Assembly: GCA_051294375.1 (NCBI GenBank)
Contig: CM119270.1
Location: 2,356,388 to 2,420,387, forward strand
Direction of reading: 5' to 3'
From: Paraspadella gotoi
Taxonomy: Eukaryota; Animalia; Chaetognatha
DNA length: 64,000 bases
Part shown: piece after piece, positions 27,212 to 41,700 of the stretch
Layout: each line of letters starts with the position of its first letter
How positions within the stretch are numbered: the first letter of the stretch is position 1
Position numbers and translations under genes: made by a program
Notes under the pieces: model-generated
The model's database searches: none
What the model saw: only the letters and a program-made list of their open reading frames with translations
Told to the model about the DNA's origin: nothing

Positions 27212-28509
27212 CAACAAAGAAATTGAGTAAAGGACAGTGGTCAGATGTTAGGACTCTCTCTCTCTCTCTCTCTCTTTCTTTTTCACCAATCTCAAATTCA
27301 CTCACTCTCCTTCCCTTCCCTCACTTTCTCCTGTCCTGTCTTTAAGCGCGAAAAAATTTCGTTTTTCCTTTACTCTATTTTAAACAACAAACGAAAGGAT
27401 TATCACAAAAGTTTTAACATAAAATTCAGTTCATATTTGGATACAAGTGCAGATTTAAATGATATAATGGTAAAGTTTGCAACAATTGATTATTTTTCCC
27501 TCTAAATTAAACACTTTTTATTTCTACATACTTTACTAAAGATTTTCTCGAATATTGAACACAAATATGTAAAAAATTTGTTAAAAAAATTTGCTTAAGG
27601 GGACAGGTCATTCAACTTAACAATATGTAATTTTTGATGTATTAGAGCTAATACATCGAGAAATACATTGTAATCACCAGTAATCACCAGAAAAAAGTTT
27701 TTGTTTATATGTAAACATTCTTGTTTTAAATATTTTTTTTAAATCAGTAAATAAAAAAATTGTTAAATTAAATCGGTAAGCACATTTTTAAAGATCTGGT
27801 TTTTAAAAAATTCTAGGTAAGAAGTTAAAACACGGTAAAGGCAAATTTAGAAGGGGAGAGTTAAACAATTAATCTTGTTACTCTGTTGGTTTTCCAGTTT
27901 TGAACAAAGTCTTTAGTTAAATAAATGGTAAAGAAATTCAATCTACACTGAATCTACACTGAATTTAAAGAGTTGCAGCCTAAACGATTGCTATAATATT
28001 GATTTAAAAATTTGATTAGCAATCGTAGAAACATTTGTAAAAATGTAATAGAGAGACATTTCGATAAACGTGTTCCAGTTAGAATTCAGGGTTAAAGTTT
28101 AAAAAGTTTCATTTTCAAGGATACAAGTTAAAATTTAAAAATGTCTCTCTATTACATTTTCTAATTCACTAATAAAAAAATCATAAAAAATATCAGATGG
28201 ATTGGCCTTTTCGTTTTACCTGCAACTCTTCTTTTATATTATATTATATTATATTATAATTAAAACCGATATAAAATGGCGTAGAATGCATTAAATGTTT
28301 AAAGTGAATACATTTTTGGAATCGCCAGGAGCTTAGTTTTTTGAATCTGTACTTCATTTTTGCCTTTTTTCAAGTTGATTTGAATGACCCTTTTTCTTAA
28401 AGAATCCACTTTTTCTAAGAGAAATTAACAGATTAAAAATGACGGCTGCTTATTAAAAAAAAAAACTAAAGAAAGAAAAATCCTGCTATTCGACGAGATT
28501 TTAAAAAAA

Positions 28510-31500
28510 TCAATCCTTTTTAATACAACCAAATGTACCACCGACAGAGCGATAACCAGCTGGACATTTCTCACAGTAGTTTCCATTGAGTCTTGCAACA
28601 GATCCTTCTGGGCATTCTCTACAAGGGGACTCGTTATTGAGTTCTTTTGCTCGATCAAAGTAGTGATTAGCTTTGTTGGTACAACATTCCGAGGGTTCAT
28701 TTTTTATTGTGGCTAAATTTGGAAAACCTTTTTTCTCTGTCTGGCAGATTTTAATTTGTGCTTTGAGGGAAAGTGGAGTTACTGGAAACATTTCTGGGAT
28801 TTCAGGAATCTCTTGATAGTCAAAGTCGAGCCTCCACCTGGACATTAGATTTGGAAATATTGGTCCAGGGAAACTTCCTGGCTTGATCACACACAGTTTG
28901 GCCAATTTTGCTGGACAAAAGAGTAAATTATATGGATTTTCACGTCGGTCGGGACAAGTGACATCATTTAATACCAATCGAGTTTCTAGGTTGACAGGTT
29001 CTTCAAAGGTGTACGAAATTCCATTTAGGCGAGTTTGTAACATTGTCATAGAAGTGGAAATCTCTGCGTGCTTATTTATAGTTAATGGAAATGGATAAAC
29101 TGACATTTCTGTAATGAAGAAAGGCCAGTTTTTATTGATTTGATCTAGAGAGAGCCATCCATTTTGAACTAACCAATTTTTATCAGGTACTTGAAAAAAA
29201 AGTGAGCTTTTTTTACTCTTCTTGGATACAGCCATTACTGAAAAAAGGTCTAAAGTGCCATTTGGTAGTCTTTTATTTTCTCTTGATATTCCTACAGGTA
29301 TATCAACTATTTTATTAATTATATGACTTTTGGGACACATACTGTATTCTGTTCCAGATTCAAAACCACTATAATCAACTAGTCCAAGCATACTCTCATC
29401 TGGGTTTTTCTTTAATTTTGTGCAGACTGGCTTTTCAATTCCATGCTCCATGTATGTTTGCATATAACAAGCACCATAAATGAGTGTAAGTTTATGATTT
29501 CGTATTAGAGCAAATGCATTAAATTTAGCTATTTCCAAGTCGACTTCTTCTGATAAACCAAACTTAAATCGTTCCCCTAATTTTTTAGCAGAGTCCTGAG
29601 CCAATTTTGCAGCAGCTATTGCTTTCAGAACTTTATCATAATCTTCTTCAGTTTCTGCAAATTTTTCATAATAATGAGTGAAAGCTGCCAACTCTTCTTT
29701 GGCCCTTGGACAGTCTCCGTCTCTTACTTTTGCTGCCTGCACAGTTCCACTTATGAGACTACCTCCCTCAGAGAATAATTCACAAGCTTTGTCAATTATA
29801 TAATCAAATTTAGCTAGCATTCGTGCAAAATCTGCAGATTGGAAAGAAGAAGTAACGCCTGTTCCTACAGCCACAACTCTTTTTGCGTCTTCTAAATTTA
29901 TGCTAACATCTGCTCCTGCTTTTGCAATGTTGGCCATAGACTGGTATAACTCTTTGTTTTTGTCAAAATTTTCTTTTATCTTATCACTTAACTTTTTTAT
30001 CTCTGGAAGCTCACTATTTAAAAAGGCCAAATGACCAAAATTGACAGCCGCATGCATCGCTCGACCCAATTCAGCATTAAGCTGAATTGCTGAATCAGCA
30101 TAGTCGCCTGGTGCTATCTCAGTCTTATAGAAGGAAAGCGCAGCCAGAACAATCATTGCCAAGGCGTCCGCCAACTCTCCTGCAACACTTCCAGTTGCTG
30201 CAGAGAACAAGTCATTGACTCGCGAGCTTAAAGCAGTGGATGTAATAGAAAGCTGCTTATCAAAAAATGCCCAGTTAGCTTCTAAATCATTGTATTCAGC
30301 ATTGAGCTTTTCTGTATCAAATTCTGCTATTTGGGAGAAGTATTTCGATAACTCTTGCTGAAACTTTCCTATTGTCAGCTTAAGATCTCCCAGTTTTGTT
30401 TTCAGTTGGTTATAGTTGTCTTTCATATATTGATGCTTGAGTCTCTCAGCATAGTTGATTTTCATGGATAGTATAGGTCTGGGATTCGGCTTTTTCAGCA
30501 TCATTATTGCATCCTCAAAGAAAGCTTTGATGCTACAGTATTCTTTATAATCGGGAAGCCCTTTACTGCAGTCCCAGTGATAACAAGTCTTCATCAAACT
30601 AGCTTTCGCTTCTTTTACGGAAGCTAAGATATCATCAATGGACGGCGACATTCGAACCATTTTAAGGATTTTCATGAGCATTTCAGGTGTGCATTTAGCA
30701 CATTCAACTCCAACAACTTTACTGCAAGTAGGACCAACAGTCATTGAACATTTTTTTATAGAATTTTCTCTCCCATCATAGCATTGCATGTTTTTTATGT
30801 TAAATTTCCCATTATGACTCTTTGTATGAGTTTTGTAAACGGGAACTATTCCATCTCGCTTTAAAAATTGTTCCCCTTTTAAAGAGTTACAAAGAACAGC
30901 ACTCTCTTTTGGTCCCCAGTTTTCATGACAAAAGTAATAATAATTAATATGTACTACCCAATTATTTTTCTGAGCTAAAAGATTAGTGTCGAGGCAAGCA
31001 ACACCAGCTTGATGATTTGACCCACAATTGTTACTGGTTTTAAACTTACATAATAACAATTTTGAAGCATACTTGTTACATTTCACATCAGACATTATGA
31101 AATTGTCCTTAACAATTCCATAGTAGCCTCCAGTGAAGGGAATGGCCTTTGTTTTTTCACTAAATCCTACAGATTTACAGGCGACATATGCATCACTTTC
31201 TTCCCAATTCTTATCACAGATTGGACGCCCACCGACAATAACATTTCCTTCCATTTTTTTTCCATCTTTTGCCACTGATTCAAATATTTATTAATAATTA
31301 ATAAATTCACTTGTTGTTATAACGAAATTTTCGTTTTCTCTCTAAACTTCTTTATAAACAACAAAAAAGAAAGATCAAATACAATGTCTACTAAATAATT
31401 AACGTACTTTAATTATACATAAAAGAGCAAAACTAAGTTTTAGTATGGTATTTAAGCACAATATAAACTGGTGGTCTAAAAAAAATTTACAATCTACCTA

Positions 31501-31838
31501 TACTAGCCATAACCGATAAAATTTAAATGCTAATGTATACAGCGTTAAAATAATCTATCATAACCATAGATTATGGTATTCAAATATTTTTTGTCAAAAA
31601 TGCTTTCTTCTGAATGTACTAGCCTAATTAAAAATGTTATATTACTATATAGAGCAAAAAATTGTTTTAAAAATCTTAAAATTTTTGGGTGGATTCTAAT
31701 TATATATATAATTACAGCTTTTAACAAGTTTGAGCAAACAATGTCGGATCTGCCTACAATAATTAATTAATTAATTAATTAATTAATCGATTAATTAATT
31801 AATTAATTTTAATAATTATAATTTATATTCAGCTTGTC

Positions 31839-31874
<36 letters not shown>

Positions 31875-34519
31875 AGAAATTACTAAAAATCGATTTCGGT
31901 ACTGATATTTTTTTTTCACTTTGACTTCATAATACTTATTTTTTATGATATTTTAAAGTATGATAGCTCGTTAGAAACAGAAATAGCCATATTTTTTTAT
32001 TATATCATTTTTCAGTAAGAATTCTAATATTAAAAGCTTAAAATATTAGCAAAAAATAGACAAATCACAATTTTATTTTGTATATTTTTGGAGAAAAAAG
32101 GCGATCACAAGTAATGTTTGATTAAAAAATCTTTAAATATGAAATTTAATTTATTATTGGCATATTTTTCCTATCAATTAAAACCTTTTATGATAAAATA
32201 TATCGAAAATTGACTCAAATATTAATATTTTTGTCAATATCTCAAAAACGAATTATCACAGAGAACTGAGATTAAACTCAAAAGAAAGATCATAAAATAA
32301 GGATTCTTTTGGATGTATAATATTACTAATTATGCTCTTACTTGATGTTAAATTATTTAAAAATATATATATAAAATTTAACAATTTTATACATAGCATT
32401 TCATAGTAGTTATTGGTTGAAGAAAAATTTTAAATTAGGTTAATTTGAAGCTAAGCAATTGTATGTTACATTTCTATAGTTTTTTTATTAAATAAGAATT
32501 GATTAAGTCTTTCATGTAGTAATTACAAAATGGTTACTATTTTTGTAATAAATTGAGTTATTTTTTAATAATAACTTGAGAACGAATAATCGTAGGCTTA
32601 TGAGAGTGAGTTTAAATTAAAGCTCTCTTTCAGTAGATAATGATTGATATAAAGAAAGTAAAATTTGACAAAGAATGACAAAGTCGTTGATTAGTTTCTC
32701 ATTATTTTGTATGAAAAATTATAACAAAACTTTAAAATTCAATTAAAAAAAAACTTGCTTGGATCAGAATTTTTCGACTTCACTACGATGTAGTAAAAAC
32801 ATTATATTTTTCATTTTTTGTGTTTCAAAAATGGGCTATTTCTATTTTCTTTTTCGGGGTGTCTAGGGAACCGTGATAAAATATAAATTCATAAATCTAT
32901 CTTACCTGTGCAAGAATTCCGGATTTGACAATAAGCTTTGTTTTTATCTGTAATGCATAAGAAAAATTTTTTAGCCTCAAAATCACGCGTTACTTTTTAA
33001 GTCTATTAATTCATAAAAGGTTCATAAAGAATTTTAACAAATAATATTCGAAAATATTTATTTTGATATTCCAATTTGACTGTCAATATCTAATAGTTTA
33101 ATTTGTTACTTTTCTTTTGCTTTCTACTTGAGGGTTGGGATAAAGTCCGTCCAGTCAGTCGGTGGGTTTGACATGATTACGATAAATTGGAGCTAAAAAC
33201 AGTCTTCAGGGTCAAAAATTGATTTGAAAATTTTTTTAAAAATTTTATGCCTCATCTTCCTATTTATAAAATTTTTAAAATTACTTGTTTTACTAAATAC
33301 GCATTAAGAATTTTAAGCATTATATGGAAACATGTTAATATTAAGCTTAATAAATAGTCTTATTAAAAAATTTGTATTTTACAGCTCTGGCGATTTGATC
33401 GTAGTACTAGTGATGTCGCATTTTGGCAACCAACCACACCTCGCCTTCTTGTTATGGCTATTTTACCAAAACTTAAATTTCGGTTTAGGGTTGAGGAAGT
33501 TGTAGGGATAGGGATATGGATAGGAATAGGGTTGGGGTTTAGGCAATTTGGGTTAAGGTTAGGTTAAGGGTTGGGGAGGGACACTCGACGGAATTAGAGT
33601 TCTGGCTTGGTGAGATACGAGAGGCCGGGATATTTTTGTCATTAATTTTCAAGAAAACTGTTCTCCTAATATTCAGCACGGTACTTACCATCACACTTTG
33701 CTTCTGTAACTTCGCATTTTGCGCTTTGATCTGAATAGAACATGAAAAAGTTTGTAAACTATGAATTCAACTTCATTCGTTTTTAGAAAGTGAGTACCTG
33801 AAAGCGTTTCACCGGTGCATCTTCCAGATTTCATTCCAGGCATCGGTCGCAAACGTATAATTTTGATGTTTCGAAACAAACTACAACTTTTTTTTGTTCC
33901 AAAATAAGTATATCCTGATAAGTAAAAAGATTTTGTGAAACCAATTACACAGGTATCCAAAAGACTATAATTTAAAAAAAATATTAATCCCATATTTAAT
34001 TAAAACAAGATCTAGCAAAAAATCATTTAGCAGTAAGCAGCTAATCAGATTATTAATTAATTAATTAAGTTAATTAAATAAGTAAATAAATATTTAATAA
34101 ATTCATTAATAATTTGATTATCTAATCATGAAGGTTGTATTCGTTTTTATAGTAGTTATGATAATTATGGTCGTTGTGGTGGTTGTGATTGTAGATGTGT
34201 TTATGGAGATATTTGTAATCGTTGTTACTATTGTTTTAACTGCTTACATTTATGGGGGAAAACCATGATCAAATAGTGAAGTCTTTTTTTTTTTTATTTA
34301 AACTCCTTTTCATCAAAACTTAATTTCCTGCTAAATCGGCTGGACAGTTTTCCCGGCAACGAAACGCATAATTAGGTCTCTCTCGTTTAAATAAAGAATA
34401 ATCAGAATTTTTAGGAAAAAATCCACGAAAATCTCGGATGTAAATTTGGATTTTGTATTGAGAAAAAAGCGCGGAATAAATGGCGATAATATTAATAAAA
34501 GTTTTTAGAAGGAAAAAAA

Positions 34520-34565
<46 letters not shown>

Positions 34566-37500
34566 GAAAGAGAGAGAAAAAGATAGAGAGAAGCTGGACA
34601 GCCGCTGGACCGCCGCTGGACCGCCTCTGCAGAGCTGAACTCGTTATTTGACGAATATGAGTAGGGACGAACTCTTTTGCTTTCTATAAAAAAATATTAC
34701 AAAATAAATATTTGGGTAAAGAGTACATTGAAAGTAAACTTAAAAATGCATAAATTTTCGTTTGAGCATGTTCCCATACTAAATTTTTGATTCACCCCAT
34801 TGAGAGGGGCTACCCCTATTCAGAAGAAAAAAAACTTGTCGCGATAAAGCTAAATTATTTTCAATAATAACGATCCAAAAATTATAATCCCTATTAACAA
34901 AATATATAGTCGAAAATACTCAGCTAACGACTATGATATTTTTGACTTCCAAATATTCTTTTTACTTATCAAAAAAAATTTTATTTCTTCATTTTAAAAA
35001 ATTTTAATCTTGAATGAAATTTTAAGTTTGTTCTTTTTTTAGGAAGAAACCAGACCGAAGTCAAATTTTATATTTGCATATTTAATTAATTTATAAATAG
35101 TTAACACAACTCAAATAATTATAATTTTAAAAAATGATTTAATATATACACTAAAAATATTTATACATTTAATAATAGTAAAAATTATCAGAATAACAAA
35201 AAAGTAATGTTAATTTGACTATATCTCTCTTCTCGACTCCTATTTTAAGTATAATTTGCTAAAAGTGGGCCGACCGGTTAAAAGTTACAGTAATAAATAA
35301 AAATCAAAAAAAATTACATTTTTAGAAAATGATACATGCAATTAAATTATTCCGCACAATTGCTGGATATATAGCAGGTATCGCCTACCTGTCACATTAG
35401 CTGATGCACATGTGACATTTAATAGTTATTTACTGCCTATTTTTGCCGGTTTATGGTTTAACTACCAAACAATGTATCTAGTTATCAAGTTTCATTAGTG
35501 AGGCAGTTAGGAAGTTGAAATGTGTGTTCATTTTCTTTGTTTTATATCGTTTCAAGTATTTTTTGGTAGAATTTCCACTTCATTATAATTTACTGGAATA
35601 TGCAAATTAGATTATAGTACTTTTTTATTAATACTATTCTTTGGCGAGATTCTTATACTTTTAAGATTTTTTAAAAAGTTTTTTAAAACTGTCTAGATAA
35701 TGGGTACTTTAGACAAAAGTTAAAATTTAGTCATTTATATAGTCATACCTTCGCACTGAAAGTGCCGTCCACAAAGTTTTTCACAATGTTTTCCTGATGA
35801 ACTGCTTTGTATTAAAATGGTATCTCCTGCTACGTAAGATGCAATGCCGCGTGCCGGCCTAAGTTCTTCACATCCTGGAAAAGTTTATTAAAAGTTGAAA
35901 GGGATAATTTTAGGTTTAGTTAGAAATATTCCACTCCTGAAATACACTGAAGTTGTGAATTTTTTAATTTTTATTCTTTTCCTTAAATCCTAACTTTTAC
36001 TTTTTTAGTCGGATCTGCATATCGCAGATTTCGACTCTATAATTGACTTTGTCGGTCTGTTTGTCTAACCCCCAATCTTGTTGGTCATTCACTTAAATCA
36101 TGTCAGAACATCAAATTATAATTAATTATGCAAAAAAAAGGTGTCTGGCTATCCGTCCTTCCTTCCCCCTTCTGTTCGTCTGTCTGTTCCCCCTTAGCAT
36201 TATACTCCAATTAATTATACTTGTGATTGGATGGATGGATTAGAATGAAATTTTGTGTGTGATTGATCTGGATATGAAGTTTTGATGGAATCGTGCTAGT
36301 GGAAATTAGTTTAAATGGAAATAACAAAAAAAATGTTTCACTATTTGAATGCCAATTACCCATGAGTGGGTGGGACGATTGACTTAAAATTTTGTATGTG
36401 AGTAGGAAAGTATGTGATAAAGCTGGAAATCAAGTTTTACTGGAATCGTCCGAGTGGAAATGAGTTTAAATGGAAGAAATAAAAAACCTGTTTCTCTAAT
36501 TGATTATGCTTCTTTTTATTTTTATATTAAATGTAAATGCAAGATATATTAAATAATCAAATAATCAGTTAATTAGTCAATTAGTCATTTAATCAGTCAA
36601 TTAATAAATCAAATAATTATTCAATCAATCAATTTATTTATCTGCTAATTAAATATTCAATCAATCAATGCTAAATTATCGTGGGCACATCCGACATCGT
36701 GAGCTCAAACTTTTTTTTTTTTTGCATAAGGATACTCACGAAAATTGACCCTCGTTTCCTTGCAAATTGTTTGGGCCTTCTTGATGAGAGTTGGATGCAT
36801 TTTCAAAAGGTCACCTGTCTTTGACCTAGGCAAAATAGTACGAGGATCAAGAGGTTCTCTTCCTCTCATGGGGATGATTACTGATGACTTATATTTTTTT
36901 AACAAAGCCCAAGCGTCCTCCAATTTTTTTTTTTTGCCAATGACTGTTTGTCCAATTGTAACGCAGAACCTGTAGTTATTAAAGTCTATCCCCCCCAAAA
37001 AAGAGGGAGTAACGGAAACCATTGCATTAATTAAAAATTATTGATTCAATCAAGCTTCTCAAGATATTCAAAATTTCAGTCCAAACCTCGGGTTCCATCC
37101 ACGGTTATCAACGCTGTGTCCTGATCTTCAGGATTTAGTGTTTTGCAATTTTTTTCATCTTCCCAATTTCCACAATCATTGATGCCATTGCAGCCATGAA
37201 CTTTTGGATCATAGCACATTCTTGATTGATGTCCGCTTCAAAATTTTATTCATATGGAAATTTTAAATGTGCATTTGATTAAATTGAGAAGAAATGTTTT
37301 AGAATAGTTTAACTTAGCTTTTGTTAATCGTTAATTTTTTAGAAACTTTGGTTAACCATTCAAAATTCATTAAAATCAGTTAATTTTATAACTTAAGGTA
37401 TTTAAAGATGTTTTCTCTTTTACTTAATTTTAATCTTTTATATCAGATACATGATGTAAATATTAAAATTGGTAAATAAATCATTAAAAAAATATAAAAA

Positions 37501-38695
37501 TATTACAATCAAAAATTACCTTGAATTAATTATTAAAATAAGTATATTAATGGTTAACAGTTTAAGGTTATCAAACCCCTAGGTTTGGCTTATAGAAATC
37601 TTTTAAGTTGCGCCGCGAGTTCTCGCGGAGCAACTCTATAAGTCACTTTTCGGTCCGTCAGAATGTCTGTCCGTTGGTCTGTCCTACTTATATTAAAATG
37701 CATATAATTTGCCTATAGTTGGTTTCACATTTGTAAAGACAGAAAAAACTAGGTGTCTTAACCGATTAAAGATAATTTTAACTGATCGGTTAATTTGGTA
37801 AAATTAACCGGTTAATTTTCAAATTTACTAATTTAAATTTTTATTTGTTTTATGTATTATAGTTTTCCTTTGCAAAGCTGTCAACTATTTCTCAAAACTT
37901 TTTCCCCTATTCTCTTTCTTCTTCTTATAATTTTACCATATTAAAAAAAATAAACTATCAACTTTATATTTTCACCTTCACTTTCATTTATTTCAATGTT
38001 TATTTTAACAATGTAGTTATTTATTACTTTCGTAGTTTCAATTTTTAATCATGTTACTGCTTACTTATTTACATTGGCTAAATGTATTTTACTGTACTAA
38101 CTGAATTTTAATTTCCTTTAATTTCCCTTTCTCAATCTAACTGTCCTTAACATGTACACATTGTACAGATCTGCTCAAAAAAAGTTTAAACTTTGAACCC
38201 GATACTATCTCACTTGTTTGTCGTCCTATTAAATAAAACTTGGATTCATTTGAAAGCCAAGACAAATATCTTTCATTCAAAATTTTAGCATTTTAACCGT
38301 TAATTAAAATTTTAAAAATTAACCATTTTATTGACGCCTAGAAAAACCCTCAATTTCAAGGGACTGCTAGCGCCGGCTTCAGGAATTCCTAAAACTATAA
38401 AGAATAAAAGACAAAATTTTGATGTAGCGCATGTTATAAATACACGGGCAAAGACAGTTTTTAGTCATGTTATATGTAATGTCATATCATGTGATCAAAA
38501 GGAAATACACATGAATATAAAGTCACTGCGGCGCAACACATTGGAATTACCGTTCTTGTTTTTCTTATTTTTAGTCGGATCTGGTTATCAGCAGATCCTG
38601 ACTCATAATTCACTTTGTCGGTCCGACGGTCCGCCCCCTCAATATTGTCGGGCACTAACTTATATCATGTCAGAACATCGAATTATGATAAATTA

Positions 38696-38738
<43 letters not shown>

Positions 38739-41700
38739 CCGTCCGTCCGTCCCACCTTAGCAAAAAACACCAATTACTCGTGATTGGATGGATGGATTGG
38801 AATGAAATTTTGTGTGTGGGTAGGGAAGTGTGTGATTGAGCTGTATATGAAGTATATATGATGTTTCGATGGAATCGTCCGAGTGGAAATGAGTTTATGG
38901 AAAAAATAAAAAAATAATTTCACTATTTGAATACCAATTACTCAAGAGTGATGGGGCGATTGACTTGAAATTTTGTATTTGGGTAGGAAAGTGTGTGATT
39001 GAGCTGGAAATCAAGTTTCGATGGAATCGTTAGAGTGGAAATGAGTTTAAATGGAAAAAAACAAAAAACCTGTTTCACTAATTGATTATGCTTCTTTTTC
39101 CTATTATATTAAATGTAAATGAAGGATGTATTAATAAATCAAATAATTAATCAGTAAATTAATGAATTAGTCAATTAATTAATCAATAATTAATTAATTA
39201 GTCAATCAATCCGTCCATCCGTCCCATCTTAAGAAAAAGCTCCAATAACTCGTGATTGGCTGGTTGGATTGGAATGAAATTTTGTGTCTGGGTAGGACAG
39301 TGTGAGATGAAGCTGGATATAAAGTTTCGATGGAATCGTGCAAGTGGAAATGAGTTTAAATGGAAAAAACATAAGTTGCATTTACTAAAATATTTTTATT
39401 TATTTTAACCAATAAATACTCTATTTAATCATAATTAGATGGATAGATTGAGTTGAAATTTTGTGTGTGGGTAGGAAAGCGTGTGACGAAGCTTGATACA
39501 AAGTTTCGATGGAAACGTACGAATGGAAATGAGTTTAAATAAAAAAAATATGAGTCACATTTACTTGAATCTTTTTGCTTTCACGATCTTGTTAGTCCTG
39601 CAATGTTACTTATTTTAACCCATAATTACTCGAATAATCATAATTGAATTAATAGATTGAAAAGAAAGTGTGTGAAGAAGCTTGATATAAAGTTTTGATG
39701 GAATTGTGCCAGTGGAAATGAGTTTAAATGGAAAAAACATTAGTCACATCTACTTGATCTTTTTTATTTATGATTACTAATAAATGTTTTAATTAATTAA
39801 TGAATTAATTTTAAAAAATGATACAATTTAAAAAATTATGCAAGTTGAAAAAATTATGCAAGTTGAAAAAAATATGCAAGTTGAAAAAAATATGCAAGTT
39901 GAAAAAAATATGCAAGTTGAAAAAATTATGCAAGTTGAAAAAATTATGCAAGTTGAAAAAAATTATGCAGGTTGAAAAAATTATGCAAGTTGAAAAAATT
40001 ATGCAAGTTGAAAAAATTATGCAAGTTGAAAAATTATGCAAGTTGAAAAAATTATGCAAGTTGAAAAATTATGCAAGTTGAAGAAATTATGCAAGTTGAA
40101 AAAATGATGCAAGTTAAAAAAAAATAATGCAAATTGTAAAAATGATGTAAATTGAAAAAATGATGAGTTGAAAAATTATGTGCATGGAAAAAATTATGCG
40201 AGTTAAAAAATGATGCGAGTTAAAAAAAAATTTAAAAAAATATTGTGATATACGATTAGCAGATTACCGCTTAATTATTGTAGGCAGATCCGACATTGTT
40301 TGCTCAAACTTGTTAAACTAACATTGACTCATAAGGATTAAAAATTTGCTTACTTGCTCATTCGAACATTGCAAGATCGCCATTTTTCTGGACAAAAGCA
40401 TCGGTCAACGTTTTTGTCGACCACATTCTCCGCGCACTCATACTCCGATCCTTGAACAAGTGACATCAAAGAATTATTTGTTATTCCTCATTTGAGAGTT
40501 GTATTCCCTTTTTTATTTCAATTTTATTTTAATTTCAATTTTTTTCTTTACTGTTTTATCTTTTTTACTACCAATTTATTTAAATTTTCTGTTTGATTAA
40601 TTCAAAAACTATTGAATTATTATAAAATTCTTAGATTTTATAGATATTTAATATTAAATATGTTTTGACATATTAGATTATTGAAACATTTTGAAAACAA
40701 TTTTATATCTTTCAAATTTTAGTGTTGAGTCTCCTGTTAACAGATTTAACTGTGACGATTTAACTCCGAGGTTAATTAAAATTCTTTGGTGTCACTCGTA
40801 TAGAGATACTAAGTAAGTATTACCATCTTTTCTTCTGCAGCGACAAACTTTATTTTTCCTGTTTAAAAATAGAAAATTTAGAATTATTACACGATAGAGA
40901 TGTGGTTTTTGCTCATAAACTAACTTAGTATCTTTCTAGAAGAGCTGTTGATGGGAATCAGTGGACGAAAACACGAGATTCCAGACATTTTTTAAAGAAA
41001 GAAAAACATTTCTAACTCGTTTGCATTTGCTGTTGTCATTGTACAAAAATGGATTCATCGCATTTTGTTACTCGACCATCAACTCTCAACTGGAAAGACT
41101 CTACGTTTATGTAGATAAGGCGCTTCGTGGGCTGAAGATGACAGTCCGTAACTTCAATAAGCCCCTCTAGCAGCCATGGAACGGGACCCTGGGCTTGGAA
41201 CAAAGCTTGAGGGTTTGCCACGCCCCCAAGGCGGCTTACGGCCATCCCCACGCTTTCTGCAAGGGAGGTACCGGGTTGGGATTGAACCCGGTACCTATGA
41301 TGGCTTCACTCAATGAACTACCGGGTCACGACTGAAAGTGTCATGCTTTTAGGCGAGGTGAACTGATGCAATGCCCGACTACACATATAAAAAAAGCTTC
41401 GAGATAAAGCAACAGACGGAAAAATGCTACAAATTGAGAGTTACTTGATGGAGAGCTCGCATAAAGCGGAGTCGATGCTGTCCCAGGAACAGGGTACCTC
41501 TTTTCTCTCTTCCCAATAACACGTTTCTGAGCAACATTCATTTTTTAATTGCTCTTTATGATCCTCGTTGCAAGATTTCGTCTGTCCCCTCACCTTTCTG
41601 TCAAAAACAAAAATAAAATTATTTTGTTACAAAACACGAACGGTTGAAGACTGGCGGCCTCGGAGCAGCACCCTCGCTTAACTTCCCCCCAGCCTTAGAC

